Counted from the whole stretch's first letter, positions 25,219 through 39,758 are shown. The stretch is DNA of 63,208 nt, filler included, from Octopus bimaculoides (GCF_001194135.2; 9 parts of 8 records of this genome joined end to end with filler, not necessarily neighbours in it), one strand, 5' to 3'. A program made the numbers and translations. The notes: generated by a model from the sequence alone, not told the origin.

Positions 25219-26012
25219 CGATTTCAAATTATGGCACAGGGCCAATAGTTTTGGAGGAGAGGGCTAAGTCGATTACATCGACTCCAGGACTTGACTGGTA
25301 CATATTTTATTGATCCCGGAAGGATGAAAGGCTAAGTCGACTACGGTAGAATTTTATGATAATGAAAATGGCCACAGAGCAACAACAAAAAACGACAGAA
25401 TAATAATAACAGCAAAACAATAACAAAACACTAGAAAAATAATAATACGGCAACAGCTTTAATAAAAACAACGAGAACCTCAATAGGAATGCCAACAACA
25501 ACAATAACAACGCTAACAACAACTACAAAACAGCAGAAAAACACAACAACGATAATATTGACAACAATATAAACAGCTGTAGCAATGACAATATGAACAG
25601 CAATAATGACGGCAATATAAAACAGCAGCGGCAATTCTAACGGTAGTTATATAAACAGTAGTAACTACAATAAAACAAACAATATTATGAACGATAACAA
25701 CAACAATATCAACAACAACAACAACAACATTATCAACATTAGCAAAAACAATATTATCAACAATAACAACCACAATAGCAACAGCGACAATATTATCAGC
25801 GATAGCAACAATAACGACAACATTAGCAACGTTAACAAAAACAATAGCAAACAATAATAACAATGAATCGTCTGAGGTTATTTTTTTTTAGTCCGCCATT
25901 TTATTTACTTTCCATTAAGAAAAAAAATTCTCTCCCTTATCTCATTTTTTCGTTGTTATTTCAACTTCCCTTTGTCTATCCTCGTTCACCTCCATTACTT
26001 TCTCTCCCTCTT

Positions 26013-26092
<80 letters not shown>

Positions 26093-26674
26093 TCTCTTGC
26101 TTTGCCATTGTCTTTCTCCTTCTTATCTTTCTCTCTTTATCGTTCTTTCCACTTTGTAATTCAGCCATCTTAATTTTTGATTCTGAGATGGTACCGAGAA
26201 CGAGAAGGAAAGGGCAAAGGGAAGAAAGGAGACCGAGAAGAAGTGAGGGTGGAGAGAGAAAGGGAGAGAAGGGATGAAGTGTAGGCATGGGAGGTGCAGG
26301 GGGTGAAATGTAAACAGTTGTAAACTAAAAAGAAAAATATAAACAAAAAGATCTAAAGGCGGGAACGGATAAAGAAAAGAGGACGAAGACGAAGATAAAG
26401 AAGAAGAGGGGATGAGAATCGAAGAGAAGGAACTAAAAGAGTGATAGTGCATGCAATGCATGTATAAGAGTGTATGCGAGAGAGAGACGGGGAGAGAAAA
26501 GGGGGAGAATTTTAGGGGGAGAAATAGGACGAGGTTGCAAAGAGGCAAAGAATTATAAGATTCTTTTTAGTGGTTCTCGCAAAGATAATTTTGAACGAGG
26601 CTGAAAGAATGCGAGAATGTGTACTTGTCCACCGAAAGCAACAATAAACGGAAATTAAATGCAAAATTAAAAGC

Positions 26675-26724
<50 letters not shown>

Positions 26725-26942
26725 TAATGGTTCCAAATTTTGACACAGGCCCAGCAATTTCGGAGGAGGGAATAAGTCGATTGCATTGACCCCAGTGTTT
26801 AACTGGTACTTATTTTATCGACCTTCGAAAGGATGAAAGGCAAAGAGGGAAAAGTACTCAGAGTGTTGTCTCTGTAGAGAGGACTAAAAGCTTAGAAGAT
26901 AGACAGGAGAATATAAAAATCACATCTAGAGTAATTTAAGGG

Positions 26943-27386
26943 AATGATAGTGATGGAAGTACTAGAACAGTTAATTGCGATTGTGCAAGGTACAGTGTCT
27001 GTCCGCTTGGCTCTGATTGCATAGGTAAAAATATCGTATACAGATGTAAGATTACCTCAGAGGATAGAGAATATTTCTATATAGGAGCTAGCTCATGTTA
27101 TATTAAGCCAAGAATTGCAGATCATTTAAGTTCGTTTAGAAATAGGGACAAAATAAATACTGCCAGCTTTAGTAAGTTAATTTGGGCACTTAAAGATAGT
27201 AACAAAGTATTTTCGATTACCTGGGAAATTATTAGTAAAGCAAAACCTTATAGGATAGGTGATTATAGATGTGACTCTAGTGTAGAGGAAATGTACCAAA
27301 TTTTCTTTTCTAAATATACTATTATAAACACTAGACAAGAACAGGCTATGAGATATCCGAATTGGATTAAATATACACTTAAATAA
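26943..27386 (+). mobile_element. Penelope-like GIY-YIG endonuclease domain, stop-free 148-codon frame
   Basis: Manual translation: ..NCDCARYSVCPLGSDCIGKNIVYRCKITSEDREYFYIGASSCYIKPRIADHLSSFRNRDKINTASFSKLIWALKDS..ITWEIISKAKPY..*. Same type as the 31 kb copy. Not in the ORF track. Confidence 0.88.
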
Positions 27387-27549
27387 ACATAAATTACCAT
27401 CTATAGTAATTATACTAGTTATCATAAAAGTAATAATAAACCCAAACATAAGTGAATTTTTAGACTGCCATAACTATTGGCGATAACTATTAATATCCAG
27501 TACCGCTGCCGTAGTCTCCTTTAGAGAGACTTAGAAATATCAATATTTC

Positions 27550-27585
<36 letters not shown>

Positions 27586-27597
27586 TATACATGTATT

Positions 27598-27654
<57 letters not shown>

Positions 27655-29872
27655 ACGTGGTTATGTGGTAAGAGGTTTGCTTCTAAACCACATGGTTCCG
27701 GTTCAGTCCCACTGCACTGCTTCTTGGCAGAGTGTTTTCAATCATAGATTCGGACTGACCAGAACATTGTGGGTGGATTGGTAAGAGGAAACTGTAAGAA
27801 GCCTGGTATATGTATGTGTGTGCATATATATATATACATATATACCTATATATATTATCGACCACTCATATTCAATATAAACACACTAGTTGTTCGCCGA
27901 TAGGCTGCAATATAACGCGGTGGAGACGACTCCATCAAAGTGCCGGGCGTTAAAACACCTGAAGGGAGCACGTAGTTCGATAGATAAAGGACTTACAGGG
28001 AGTGCATATTCTTGATATATCACAGGGGGTGTATATTCTTTCCTTTTATATATATATNNNNNNNNNNNNNNNNNNNNNNNNNNNNNNNNNNNNNNNNNNN
28101 NTTAATTAATTAANNNNNNNNNNNNNNNNNNNNNNNNNNNNNNNNNNNNNNNNNNNNAGAGGAAGGGGAGCATAGGAGAAAGAGGGGAGGGAAGAAGAAG
28201 AAGAAGAAGAAGAAGAAGAAGAAGAAGAAGAAGAAGAAGAAGAAGAAGAAAAGGAAGAAGAAGAAGTTGGCGTTCTTGTTTTAATTGTGGATTGTATGTT
28301 TCTGCTGTGACTAATGACTAATGTTATTTTTGTTTTTAATGTTTTTTTCTTTTCTTTATGTTGTGGTTGTTTTAGATGCTCTGTTGTTGTTGTTGTTGCT
28401 GCTATTTTTTCCGGTTATTTTGTTCAAACTTGTGTTTTTCGGTTTTTGTTGTCCGTGAAAAGACTTTTGTCAGTTTCTTTATTCGCAGTCATGTTGCATA
28501 TTTGTTTGTTAATATTAATGATGGTAAGGCTGGAGGTAGGGGGTGGATTTGCGATGTAAGTGGTGGTGGTGGTGCTAGAGCGAAGGCGAAGGCGGCGGCC
28601 GCCACCCTGCTGCCGCGGTGTTACGGGTGTTGGTAATGGTGGTGCAGATGATACGTTTGTGATGTAACTGATAGTGTGACGTTGTGACGTTGATGTTGAT
28701 AGAGGTAATAATGGTGGTGATATTAGCATTGGTAGTGATGGTGGTAGAAGCGGTAGGAGTGGTGGAGTTGGTGGTATTGGTGGTGTTGGTGGTGGTAGCG
28801 TTGATGGTGTTAGTGGTGGTGATGGTGACGGGAGTGGTTGCAGTGAAGGTGGTTCTCGTTGTAGTAGTGTTAATAGTGGTAGCATTGATGATGATGTAAT
28901 TGTGGTGGTGGTGGTGGTGGTGGTGGTNNNNNNNNNNNNNNNNNNNNNNNNNNNNNNNNNNNNNNNNNNNNNNNNNNNNNNNNNNNNNNNNNNNNNNNNN
29001 NNNNNNNNNNNNNNNNNNNNNNNNNNNNNNNNNNNNNNNNNNNNNNNNNNNNNNNNNNNNNNNNNNNNNNNNNNNNNNNNNNNNNNNNNNNNNNNNNNNN
29101 NNNNNNNNNNNNNNNNNNNNNNNNNNNNNNNNNNNNNNNNNNNNNNNNNNNNNNNGGTGGTGGTAGTGGTGGTGGTGGCGGTGGTGGTTCGCCGGGATGG
29201 TTGTCATGTTAGTGGTGATCATGGTGGAAGTGATGGCAGTAGTGGCGGTATGGTCGTGGTGGAAGTCGTGGTGGAAGTCGTGGTGGAAGTCGTGGTGGTG
29301 GTTGTGGTGGTGGTCGAGGTTGCGGTGATGGTGTGGGTTATAATGCTTGTGTTAGTTGTGAATATGGGAACGGTTTGTGAAAGTGCTGTAATGAATACAC
29401 ATCTTTGTCAGAATCGATATGTTAAGCTTGTAATACGAGAGTCGAGCGAGGTGAGAGGAGGCTGATATCGATGTGACTATGATGATGACGATGATGATGA
29501 TGATAAATAATATTGCTGCTGTTGTTGATGATAATGATGATGATGGTGATGATGATGATGAATGCCATTGTTGTTGTTGATGATGATAATGATGATGATG
29601 ACGACGACGACGACAATGGTCACACTGATCATGATGAAAATGATGAGGATGATAATGAGGATCATTGAGACTACAACAGCAGAAACATCATCAACGGAAA
29701 ACTTATATTCAGTTCGGTCGTCTCGCTAGAAATAACAGCTAAATTCTCTCAAATCACTTCTGTGTAAGAAGGAAGACTGCCCTGGGAAATATAGTCATAG
29801 ATACACAAAAAAGTAGGCTTAGATTTTTAAACAAGTGAAAAATAAAACTCAGTACGTATATAGAGAATATAT

Positions 29873-29917
<45 letters not shown>

Positions 29918-30899
29918 NNNNNNNNNNNNNNNNNNNNNNNNNNNNNNNNNNNNNNNNNNNNNNNNNNNNNNNNNNNNNNNNNNNNNNNNNNNNNNNNNNN
30001 NNNNNNNNNNNNNNNNNNNNNNNNNNNNNNNNNNNNNNNNNNNNNNNNNNNNNNNNNNNNNNNNNNNNNNNNNNNNNNNNNNNNNNNNNNNNNNNNNNNN
30101 NNNNNNNNNNNNNNNNNNNNNNNNNNNNNNNNNNNNNNNNNNNNNNNNNNNNNNNNNNNNNNNNNNNNNNNNNNNNNNNNNNNNNNNNNNNNNNNNNNNN
30201 NNNNNNNNNNNNNNNNNNNNNNNNNNNNNNNNNNNNNNNNNNNNNNNNNNNNNNNNNNNNNNNNNNNNNNNNNNNNNNNNNNNNNNNNNNNNNNNNNNNN
30301 NNNNNNNNNNNNNNNNNNNNNNNNNNNNNNNNNNNNNNNNNNNNNNNNNNNNNNNNNNNNNNNNNNNNNNNNNNNNNNNNNNNNNNNNNNNNNNNNNNNN
30401 NNNNNNNNNNNNNNNNNNNNNNNNNNNNNNNNNNNNNNNNNNNNNNNNNNNNNNNNNNNNNNNNNNNNNNNNNNNNNNNNNNNNNNNNNNNNNNNNNNNN
30501 NNNNNNNNNNNNNNNNNNNNNNNNNNNNNNNNNNNNNNNNNNNNNNNNNNNNNNNNNNNNNNNNNNNNNNNNNNNNNNNNNNNNNNNNNNNNNNNNNNNN
30601 NNNNNNNNNNNNNNNNNNNNNNNNNNNNNNNNNNNNNNNNNNNNNNNNNNNNNNNNNNNNNNNNNNNNNNNNNNNNNNNNNNNNNNNNNNNNNNNNNNNN
30701 NNNNNNNNNNNNNNNNNNNNNNNNNNNNNNNNNNNNNNNNNNNNNNNNNNNNNNNNNNNNNNNNNNNNNNNNNNNNNNNNNNNNNNNNNNNNNNNNNNNN
30801 NNNNNNNNNNNNNNNNNNNNNNNNNNNNNNNNNNNNNNNNNNNNNNNNNNNNNNNNNNNNNNNNNNNNNNNNNNNNNNNNNNNNNNNNNNNNNNNNNTA

Positions 30900-32507
30900 T
30901 ATATATATATATGGAGTTAAACGCAGGTGTTATTCAAATTCTTTTACTTCCGACACATGTTTCGAAGATATCACTGGTATTATTCCAAAGGTATAAAATG
31001 GAGTAAAATAATGTAATCTACTCTTCAAGGAAATGTAGAAATGAAACTCGTCAATAAGACATTTTAACAGAAAATGATGGATATGTATAGTGATTAACTG
31101 AATGCTATTAAGTTTGTTTTTAAAAAAACCTTACAGAATATGTCAAAGGTAGTATATAGAAAGGGGAGGGGTAAAGGAAAGATAAAACCAAATAAATGAG
31201 AAGTATATAACAACATGTAAATTAATTAAAACCCTATAGTCTTGGAAAAAGATATATCTAGTTAATGCGAAATGTAAGAAGAAAATTAATGTTTAAATTA
31301 TATATAATGATAGATATCACTTATATGAACTAAATGTGTGTTTCTGCCAATGTTTACATTAATTCCATTCAATCTTATTCTACCTTTACTAATGGATCTA
31401 GTTGTAAGGATATAAACGATATCAATTTTAATTTATACGCCAACACCAAACAAAGCAAGGGAGATAACCTTTATTTAATCCCCTATTTTCGTTCTAAAGG
31501 TAAATCTATGTCTTTCAAAGATAGTTACACTAAAAATAAGGTAAATAAACCATTTGGTTAATTATTCCTTATGGGAGGCAAATTAAATCTAATCTTCCTT
31601 TGCAGTTTCGTGAAGCTATTATTAGGAATTTTCCAAAGAATTCTAGGTATTACACTATTACCAGGTCACACACGGTTAGGATTGGTTTTTCCAACACAAA
31701 AAATCTCTTACAAATTATCTCTTCACATAATATTAGCCTGTTAAATAGTGATACATTTACTAATACTAAAATTAATTTAGCTAATACCATCCATCTCCCT
31801 AGAAATATTAATAACAAGGTTATTGTATCTGAAGTCAATTACAACAGAATCAAGTTTATGTCAAGTAACTCTAAAATTAAAAATCCTATATACCAGTGTA
31901 AAATTACTTCTGGTAATGAAGTATTTTTTTATATAGGCAGCTCATCTTCTCAGCTATCTAAAAGAATTTCTAATCATTACTCTACATTTAGGGATAGGAA
32001 TAAACCTTACAGTATAGGGCTTAGTAAATTAATTTGGTATCTAAAACACAACAGTAAACAATTTAACTTAGATTGATTGATTCTCTTAATTTCGATACCT
32101 TATGATAAAGGCAAGGAATTCTGTCTTCTCTGTAATTCTGAACTATTTTTTGTTCTGTTTTCTAAAAATCTCCTTGTAAACACAGATATAGAGCGTGCAT
32201 ACCGATGTAAACATTGGCAGAAACACACCATTAGTTCATATAAGTGATATCTATCATTATATATAATTTAAACATTAATTTTCTTCTTACATTTCACATT
32301 CACTAGATAGATCTTTTTCCAAGACTATAATGTTTTATTTAATACATATATCGTTAATTATTTGTTTTTTTTTCTTTCCTTTAGCCTTCCTCTTTCTATA
32401 GGCTACCTTTGACGTTATATGCTGTAACGTTTTTTAAAACAAACTAAATAGTGTTCAGTTAATCACTACACAAATCCATCATTTTCTGCTAAAATATTTT
32501 ATTCACG
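30900..32507 (+). mobile_element. Penelope-like retroelement remnant (GIY-YIG endonuclease, probably Nematis-type) with inverted 5' pseudo-LTR
   Basis: The frame at 31600-32247 reads ..QFREAIIRNFPKNSRYYTITRSHTVRIGFSNTKNLLQIISSHN..IYQCKITSGNEVFFYIGSSSSQLSKRISNHYSTFR..LSKLIWYLK..*..FCLLC..CKH.., with one internal TGA at 32074-76. 31060-31359 is the reverse complement of 32205-32500. The clade assignment is from memory of motifs. Confidence 0.88.
30946..31034 (-). ncRNA. type I hammerhead ribozyme fold in the inverted pLTR of a Penelope-like element, C3U core variant
   Basis: Minus strand: stem I ATTTCC/GGAAGT (6 bp, one G.U); core TTGAAGA; stem II GTAGAT/ATCTTC (one U.U) with a 46-nt loop; GAAA; stem III AC-ATGT-GT; cleavage triplet GUC. 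Confidence 0.65.
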
Positions 32508-33024
32508 TGGCCCCGAGTTTAGCGTGTAACAATCACGATGGCAATGTCGTGGTTTCGGTTTTCAGACCAGTGATGCGTTGTGTTCTTGAGCAAGACGCTG
32601 GTCCAGTTCACTCAGCTTTGAAAGGGGTAACCTTGCGGCAACCTGGTGGTACGTTCACCTAGCTAGCAAGGTGGTATCATTCAAAAGCTACAACAATGTG
32701 AGGAAGCGCATTGTGACCAGCGGCGTATAAAACATTTAATAGCCTGGTCGATAAAGTTATGTGTATGTGTAGATGTATGTAAGTATTGGTGTAGTCTGAT
32801 GTAAACAAACCTTTAATTAGCCGACTTTTCATCTCATACATTACATAAAATTATCTTATAACTAATTACATTGCTTTAAAAGCAATCTGCTTCATATGCC
32901 TAGTGTATCTTTATCAGACAGGTATTCATGACGGGTATATTAGGATTTGTGTATTTGTACCCGTGTCACTTTGGTGACATGAGCTGCTCTCTCGCTCAAT
33001 AATAATAATAATAATAATAATAAC

Positions 33025-33085
<61 letters not shown>

Positions 33086-35396
33086 GCTGCATGGACGTGT
33101 GACAGCGAACTGCCGGGAAGATGGATCAACTCTGAAACCATCACGAAGCAGGAATTGAGAATCCGCAAAAACAATGAAAGAGAACTGTGTCTTAATGTAA
33201 ATCATCTCAGGAAATTGAAAGATTTTTCTTGTATGGAGGAGTGTATATATATATNNNNNNNNNNNNNNNNNNNNNNNNNNNNNNNNNNNNNNNNNNNNNN
33301 NNNNNNNNNNNNNNNNNNNNNNNNNNNNNNNNNNNNNNNNNNNNNNNNNNNNNNNNNNNNNNNNNNNNNNNNNNNNNNNNNNNNNNNNNNNNNNNNNNNN
33401 NNNNNNNNNNNNNNNNNNNNNNNNNNNNNNNNNNNNNNNNNNNNNNNNNNNNNNNNNNNNNNNNNNNNNNNNNNNNNNNNNNNNNNNNNNNNNNNNNNNN
33501 NNNNNNNNNNNNNNNNNNNNNNNNNNNNNNNNNNNNNNNNNNNNNNNNNNNNNNNNNNNNNNNNNNNNNNNNNNNNNNNNNNNNNNNNNNNNNNNNNNNN
33601 NNNNNNNNNNNNNNNNNNNNNNNNNNNNNNNNNNNNNNNNNNNNNNNNNNNNNNNNNNNNNNNNNNNNNNNNNNNNNNNNNNNNNNNNNNNNNNNNNNNN
33701 NNNNNNNNNNNNNNNNNNNNNNNNNNNNNNNNNNNNNNNNNNNNNNNNNNNNNNNNNNNNNNNNNNNNNNNNNNNNNNNNNNNNNNNNNNNNNNNNNNNN
33801 NNNNNNNNNNNNNNNNNNNNNNNNNNTATATATATATATATATGTATAAACAAGTAGTAGCTTCCCCCAGATGTACCGCCTTAGCTGCATATGAGTGAAG
33901 ATGCAAACACTTGCACTGCAGTGTTCCTATACAAGAACTGCAAGCCTGTGAGAAAAAGTTTTGAATTTAAAATTTTAATTACTTATACATCCATATTTAT
34001 ATAAGATTTATTTATGCACATTGCTGTTTCTTCTCGGTCTCTCGCTGAAACATCAAAAATAATTATAACTATGAAAGAAACATCAACACATGTCCATGAG
34101 CGGTGTCCAGTTAAACAAGTAAACGCTGTAAAAACAGACCCAGGACCCATAACAAGACCAGCCAAAAGAGAAAGAATGATGGACTGATAACCATAAATAC
34201 TATAAAATAGTTGATTTATGAATTACACACGCTACTATGCAACACTTCTCCAAAAACATACAGGAATAAACCCATACCGTAAATACCCAATAAAATGAAC
34301 AAGTCCACAACATGTGCTATAGAAGGCCGATACCCAACAGAACACAACCTGCGCTACACAAACAACACACACATTACAAGAAATAATGCAACAGAAGACT
34401 CATATAAAACTCCATAACAAAACATACTGATACAATATACTATTCCCCCCACCCCATTCTGCTCCCTTTATTCCCCACTCTGCTCCCTTTATTCCCCACT
34501 CTGCTCAACAAATGTTCAGACAAATATATAATGTATTGTTTCTTATATTGTCCTTTCTGTGTTACTCTACTTCGATTATATTTTCCATCATATGTTATTT
34601 ATTTCTTATTCATCTATTTATCTATATTGGACGATTTCGAATCATTTATCTTTTATCTTTTTCAGTCATAAGAACCTGACCATGCTGGAGCATCGCTTTG
34701 AAGAATTTTCAATAGAATGTATCGACCCCAGTACTTATTGTTTTCTTTACGCTTAGTACTTAGTACTTATTTTATCGGTCTCTCTTTGATGAACCGTTAA
34801 GTTACATACACACACATATATGTATATACATAAATACATACGACGGCTTCTTTCAGTTTCCGTCCACCAAATCCACTCACAAAATTTTGGTCGGCCCAAA
34901 GCTATAGCAGAAGACATTTGCCCAAAGTGCCACGCAGTAGGACTGAACCCGGAACCGTGTGGTTGGGAAGCAAGCTTCTTACCACCCAGCTACGCCTGTA
35001 CGAAATATAGTAGGAACACAATACATGCTGCAACACTGGGTTGTCAATTACTGAAAGGCAACATTTCACTCTGCCAATACTCTGAGAGTCACATTTGACT
35101 CTTCATTTTCCATTTTTAGATGAGTCAAAAGCAAATCAGTTATATGAATGTTTCCCCAAAACAGCATAGCATGTATGCTTGCTAAATCTGGTAGATTTTC
35201 AGACAAAGAGTCTTGCGATTTTTAGCTGAGGTTCGTAACGCTTTGATTTCGAATCTGTCTGACATCAACTTGTGGCTTAGTTTCTGCTGAGGGCTATAAA
35301 ATATGTATCAGCCAAATACTAGAGTTAACGTGATTGACTGAAGCACTGAAAAATGTCTGACCATGAACCCATTTTAGAAATCAATATCAATAATCA

Positions 35397-35445
<49 letters not shown>

Positions 35446-35826
35446 GTCATCATCATCATCGTCGTCGTCGTCGTCGTCGTCGTCATCATTATTACGTTCA
35501 TCATCGTCGTCGTATCATCGTCATCGTCATCATCATTATCATCGTCATTATTATCATCAGCTTCACAGTGTTGCTCCAGCATAACCTCAACCGCATGGCT
35601 GAAATGAATAAAAGAATAAAATAATTATCATCATCATCATCATGTTCATCGTCATCATAAATATGGCAATCATTTCTCTCCGCCTTACTTTTAATTGTAC
35701 ACTAGCATCATCAATTTTCATGAATATAGTTCTTCCTATCTACGTATAAAAAATTCAATGACGATCATCATCACCATCATCTTCATCATTATCATCCTCA
35801 TCATCACCATCATCCTCTTCATCATC

Positions 35827-35899
<73 letters not shown>

Positions 35900-36333
35900 T
35901 CAAAGTGGTGAGTTGGCAGAATCGTAAGCATGCCGGGAAAATGCCTAACGGCATTTCGTCCGTCTTTACGTTCTGTGTTCAAATTCCACCGTGGTTGACT
36001 TTGCCTTTCATCTTTTCCGGGTTGATAAATTAAGTACCAATCGAGTACTGGGGGTCAATGTAAGCTACTATTCCGCTCCCCACAAAGTCCAGGCCTTGTT
36101 CCTATAGTAGAAAGGATTGTTATTATCATTATATTTAAAGTGCTGACCCGGCAAAATCGTTAGCATTCAGTATTTCATCCGTGTTTACGTTCTGAGTTCA
36201 AATTTCGCCGAGGTCGACTTTACCTTTAACCCTTTCGGGGTCTATAAATTAAGTACCAATGAAACATTGGGGTTGATGTAATCGACTAGTCCCCTCCCCC
36301 AAAATAGCTGCACTTGTGGCAAAATTTGAAACC

Positions 36334-36598
36334 ATTATTATTATTATTATTATTGTTCAGTAGTTTTAGTTTTATAACGTGCTTTCACTTCACTACCGAG
36401 CGCAGCTCTGTGCGCCTTGGGTATGTGCTGTGGTTTGCTGTGGTGCTCTTATGTTTACTGTATTGAAAGTGTTTTGCGTAGAATGTGTGCAGTACCCAGT
36501 AGTGCAATTTTCTGTATGTTATATATATTTGTAAGTTCTGGTGTTTTTGTTATGTATTTGTCTGAATATATTTTTTTATTATACCTAAGGCACCTACT
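36334..36598 (-). mobile_element. R4/Dong-like LINE extreme 3' end
   Basis: Minus strand VGALGI..IYNIQKIALLGTAHILRKTLSIQ*, a 3' UTR and an (AAT)n tail; truncated by a gap. Confidence 0.85.
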
Positions 36599-37029
36599 NN
36601 NNNNNNNNNNNNNNNNNNNNNNNNNNNNNNNNNNNNNNNNNNTTAATTAATTAANNNNNNNNNNNNNNNNNNNNNNNNNNNNNNNNNNNNNNNNNNNNTA
36701 TATATATAATAAATGGTGACTATGCACATAGAATCCGTCCCAAAGCAAAGAAAGCGTATTGTATCTAACCTCTACCGAATCAGATATTGTTGATTTATAT
36801 CCCATTCTCTGAAAAATAGTGACGTTGGTTACAGGTGTGCAACGGACTGAAACTCTGCTTCCCTGAATTTCTGACAGAGTGGAGAGAGAAGTAAGAGAAA
36901 GTGTGTCTATAACCCGATGTAAAACAAACAAATTTAAAGGAAAACGTTTGTAAAGTACAGGTTTTTTTAAATTTTTTGTCTTCTCACTGATGTTTATATT
37001 CTAATATATATTGGCAACAGAAACACGTA

Positions 37030-38115
37030 TACCAAGAAGCGCTCAAAAGTTCATAGGCTAACTATGAGGGAGTGTTGCTAGAGTGTTGCATCAATTTCAT
37101 ATCTTCTTATTGTTCAAGGAAGATTTCAAAAAGTAGATAGTAGCGACTTCTCTTGAGCATTGACAAAATTTTTCATCTTGTTCTTATCAAGTACCTTCAG
37201 AAAAAAGGTTTAGTCACACGGACATTCATCCTGACATGATTGCTACATTAGGAAATGGCGCTTCAGTTTTATTAACAGTGGGCAGCCGAAATTAAGAGGG
37301 GAATAGAGATTCTTAAAAATGACACAAATTCTGAACATCCTGCAACTGCTGCCCAAGAAAAATTGATCATGTTTACCACATGGTGATGGATTGACAGGCG
37401 ATTGACTATAAATCAAATAGCCAACGCTATTAGCATGCCCTGTGAGAGTTTCGAATATTCGGCACAATGAAGTTGGCATGACGTAAGTTTCTGCTCGGTG
37501 GGTGTCACGTCTTCTGACACCTGATCAAAACCGCACCAAGCTGCTCACACCACGGAAAAATCGGATACTGTTTCAGTTATATTTAGCTTGATTGCTGATT
37601 TCCTTGAACGTTTCCTAACCTGGGATGTGTGTTGGCTTCATTATTTTGAGCCAGAGAGAAAGAAATAATCCATGTAGTGGAAACACCCTCCCTACCACTT
37701 TCAAAGAAGGATAAAGTCGTTTCGTCGGCAGGGAAGGTGATGGCTTCAGGTTTTAGAAATGTAAAAGGCTTTGTGTCTATTGAGTATCTTCAAAGCAGCG
37801 AATTACAATGCCAATTTGCTGAAGCATTTTCAAAAGCTATCAAGACCAAACGCCCTGAGAAGCTGATGAACGGTGTATTGTTTCACGAGGATCCAACACG
37901 CGGATCCTTACTGTACGTGACTATGGCTTTGAACAGGTTGATCGCCATTTTTATTCTCTTGATTTGGACCCATCTGAGTATCATTTTTCCCTCACCATAA
38001 AAAAGCACTTGGCTGGGAACCAGCATCGTAGTGATGTTGACAACATATCTGCTGTTGATGACATTCACTGAGAGTATCTTCGGTAGAGTATGGACTTTTC
38101 AGCTGACACTTGTGT
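37030..38115 (+). mobile_element. mariner (Tc1/mariner) transposon fossil
   Basis: WVSRLL at 37499-516 (WVPHEL-like); SAGKVMAS.F; GVLFHED; YSLDLDPSEY at 37952-81 (YSPDLAP-like). Partial TIR similarity: left GCTCAAAAGTTC versus reverse complement of right GCTGAAAAGTCC. Frameshifted and internally deleted. Confidence 0.9.
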
Positions 38116-38130
38116 GTGCATATACATACA

Positions 38131-38164
<34 letters not shown>

Positions 38165-38194
38165 CACACATATACACATACACACATACATACA

Positions 38195-38226
<32 letters not shown>

Positions 38227-38249
38227 CATACATATACATACATAAAGGG

Positions 38250-38318
<69 letters not shown>

Positions 38319-39355
38319 CAGAAAAAGAAGAGCAACAATAATTTCTCTCTACTAATGTGTATTGAATAAGCATTGATCCTTGCAGTATTATTAGAAACAT
38401 TCATCCTAGAAACCGGAACCACGAGATTGTGAAAGTAACTTATGTCTACACAGGTATGTGTTTGAACCGCTCCCTGAAGCATGGCGTTGTGTTTGATATA
38501 ATGATTAAAATAGATAATTTCTCCACGGAGTGATAGAATGTTCACTATTGGTCAGCAGTTCAGGCATTGAAAATTCCTAACTTATGTCATCTTCAACATT
38601 ATCATCAATATGCCGATAAACCATGCCAGGCCTAGTATAGATTTCATTACCATTTTTCGACAACTCCCCAAATAAACACAGCGGTTGCTATTATTCGTTC
38701 CTAACTCACATTTCACGCTCCTCTGTTATTCCTGGGACTCTATGTCTCTCGTATTCACCTGTTTTGAATTTTTCACTGTAATAAACTTTTCTTTTCACTT
38801 CGTATTAATGTTGTTTTCATGAGTTTGCCGCGATACATACACTGTTTGGATGGTGATAAAGCAGTCATGACTAGACTCCTGTGTATATTACATAAAACAT
38901 AATATCAAGACACGTCACTTTCATTTACATTCGTTGATAAAAGCATCTTCTATAAATAAACGTAATAATGACGTGTATTTATGATTTGGTAAATGATAGC
39001 TTCTACCTAAAAATACCAATATTCATTTCAGACAAACAATTTCAATGACAAAGCAATAATATTACACGAAGCGAAGAGTTTCCAGAAAGAGCTAAATTCT
39101 GTATTTCTGTATTTCCTTATTAAATTTAATATCTATTTTTTACTGTCTTTCTACTGGTTTCAGTTTCATATCATGGTCAAGTTATAGTGCACTTTCAGAG
39201 AACTTAGTGGATGACGCCAGTACTTTGCATGATCGATACAAAATGTAAGCTTAATATTGGAGTGAGGAAAATTAAACTGAATCGAACTAAATTACGATGA
39301 GTATTTCTGTCCCAACATACAGATCTTTAGGTAATATGGACGTTATACAGAAACA

Positions 39356-39397
<42 letters not shown>

Positions 39398-39758
39398 GGA
39401 TAATATTACTAATGGTTTATATCTGGTAGCTATCTACTATCTATCTCGCTTTGTGATCATGAGTGCACCAAACCTCACGTGTGCGTATGCTCACATTTTT
39501 GCGGATGCTTGTATGAGCGAGTGTACTGGCGCCATGCATCTTGCCCGAGGGTGTTTATACATCCATATTTGTCAACGGTTATTTTTAGTACTTTTCTTGC
39601 TTGATTGCGTGCTCGTTACTCTCTTTGCCATCTGTGATTTTATTTTTGATCTTCTACTTCTATATAAATGAAGATATTTCCTCCATCTCACTGCTTTTCT
39701 TTCTACAAAACTGGAAGTTGCATTGCAGAACAGTTATTTTCACGAGTTGTATTTATTT

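Noticed and set aside
27953-27990. Hammerhead-like AACAC-CTGAAGG-GAGC(acgta)GTTC-GATA near the 27 kb PLE
   Set aside because: Two core positions are wrong and there is no stem I or III partner downstream.
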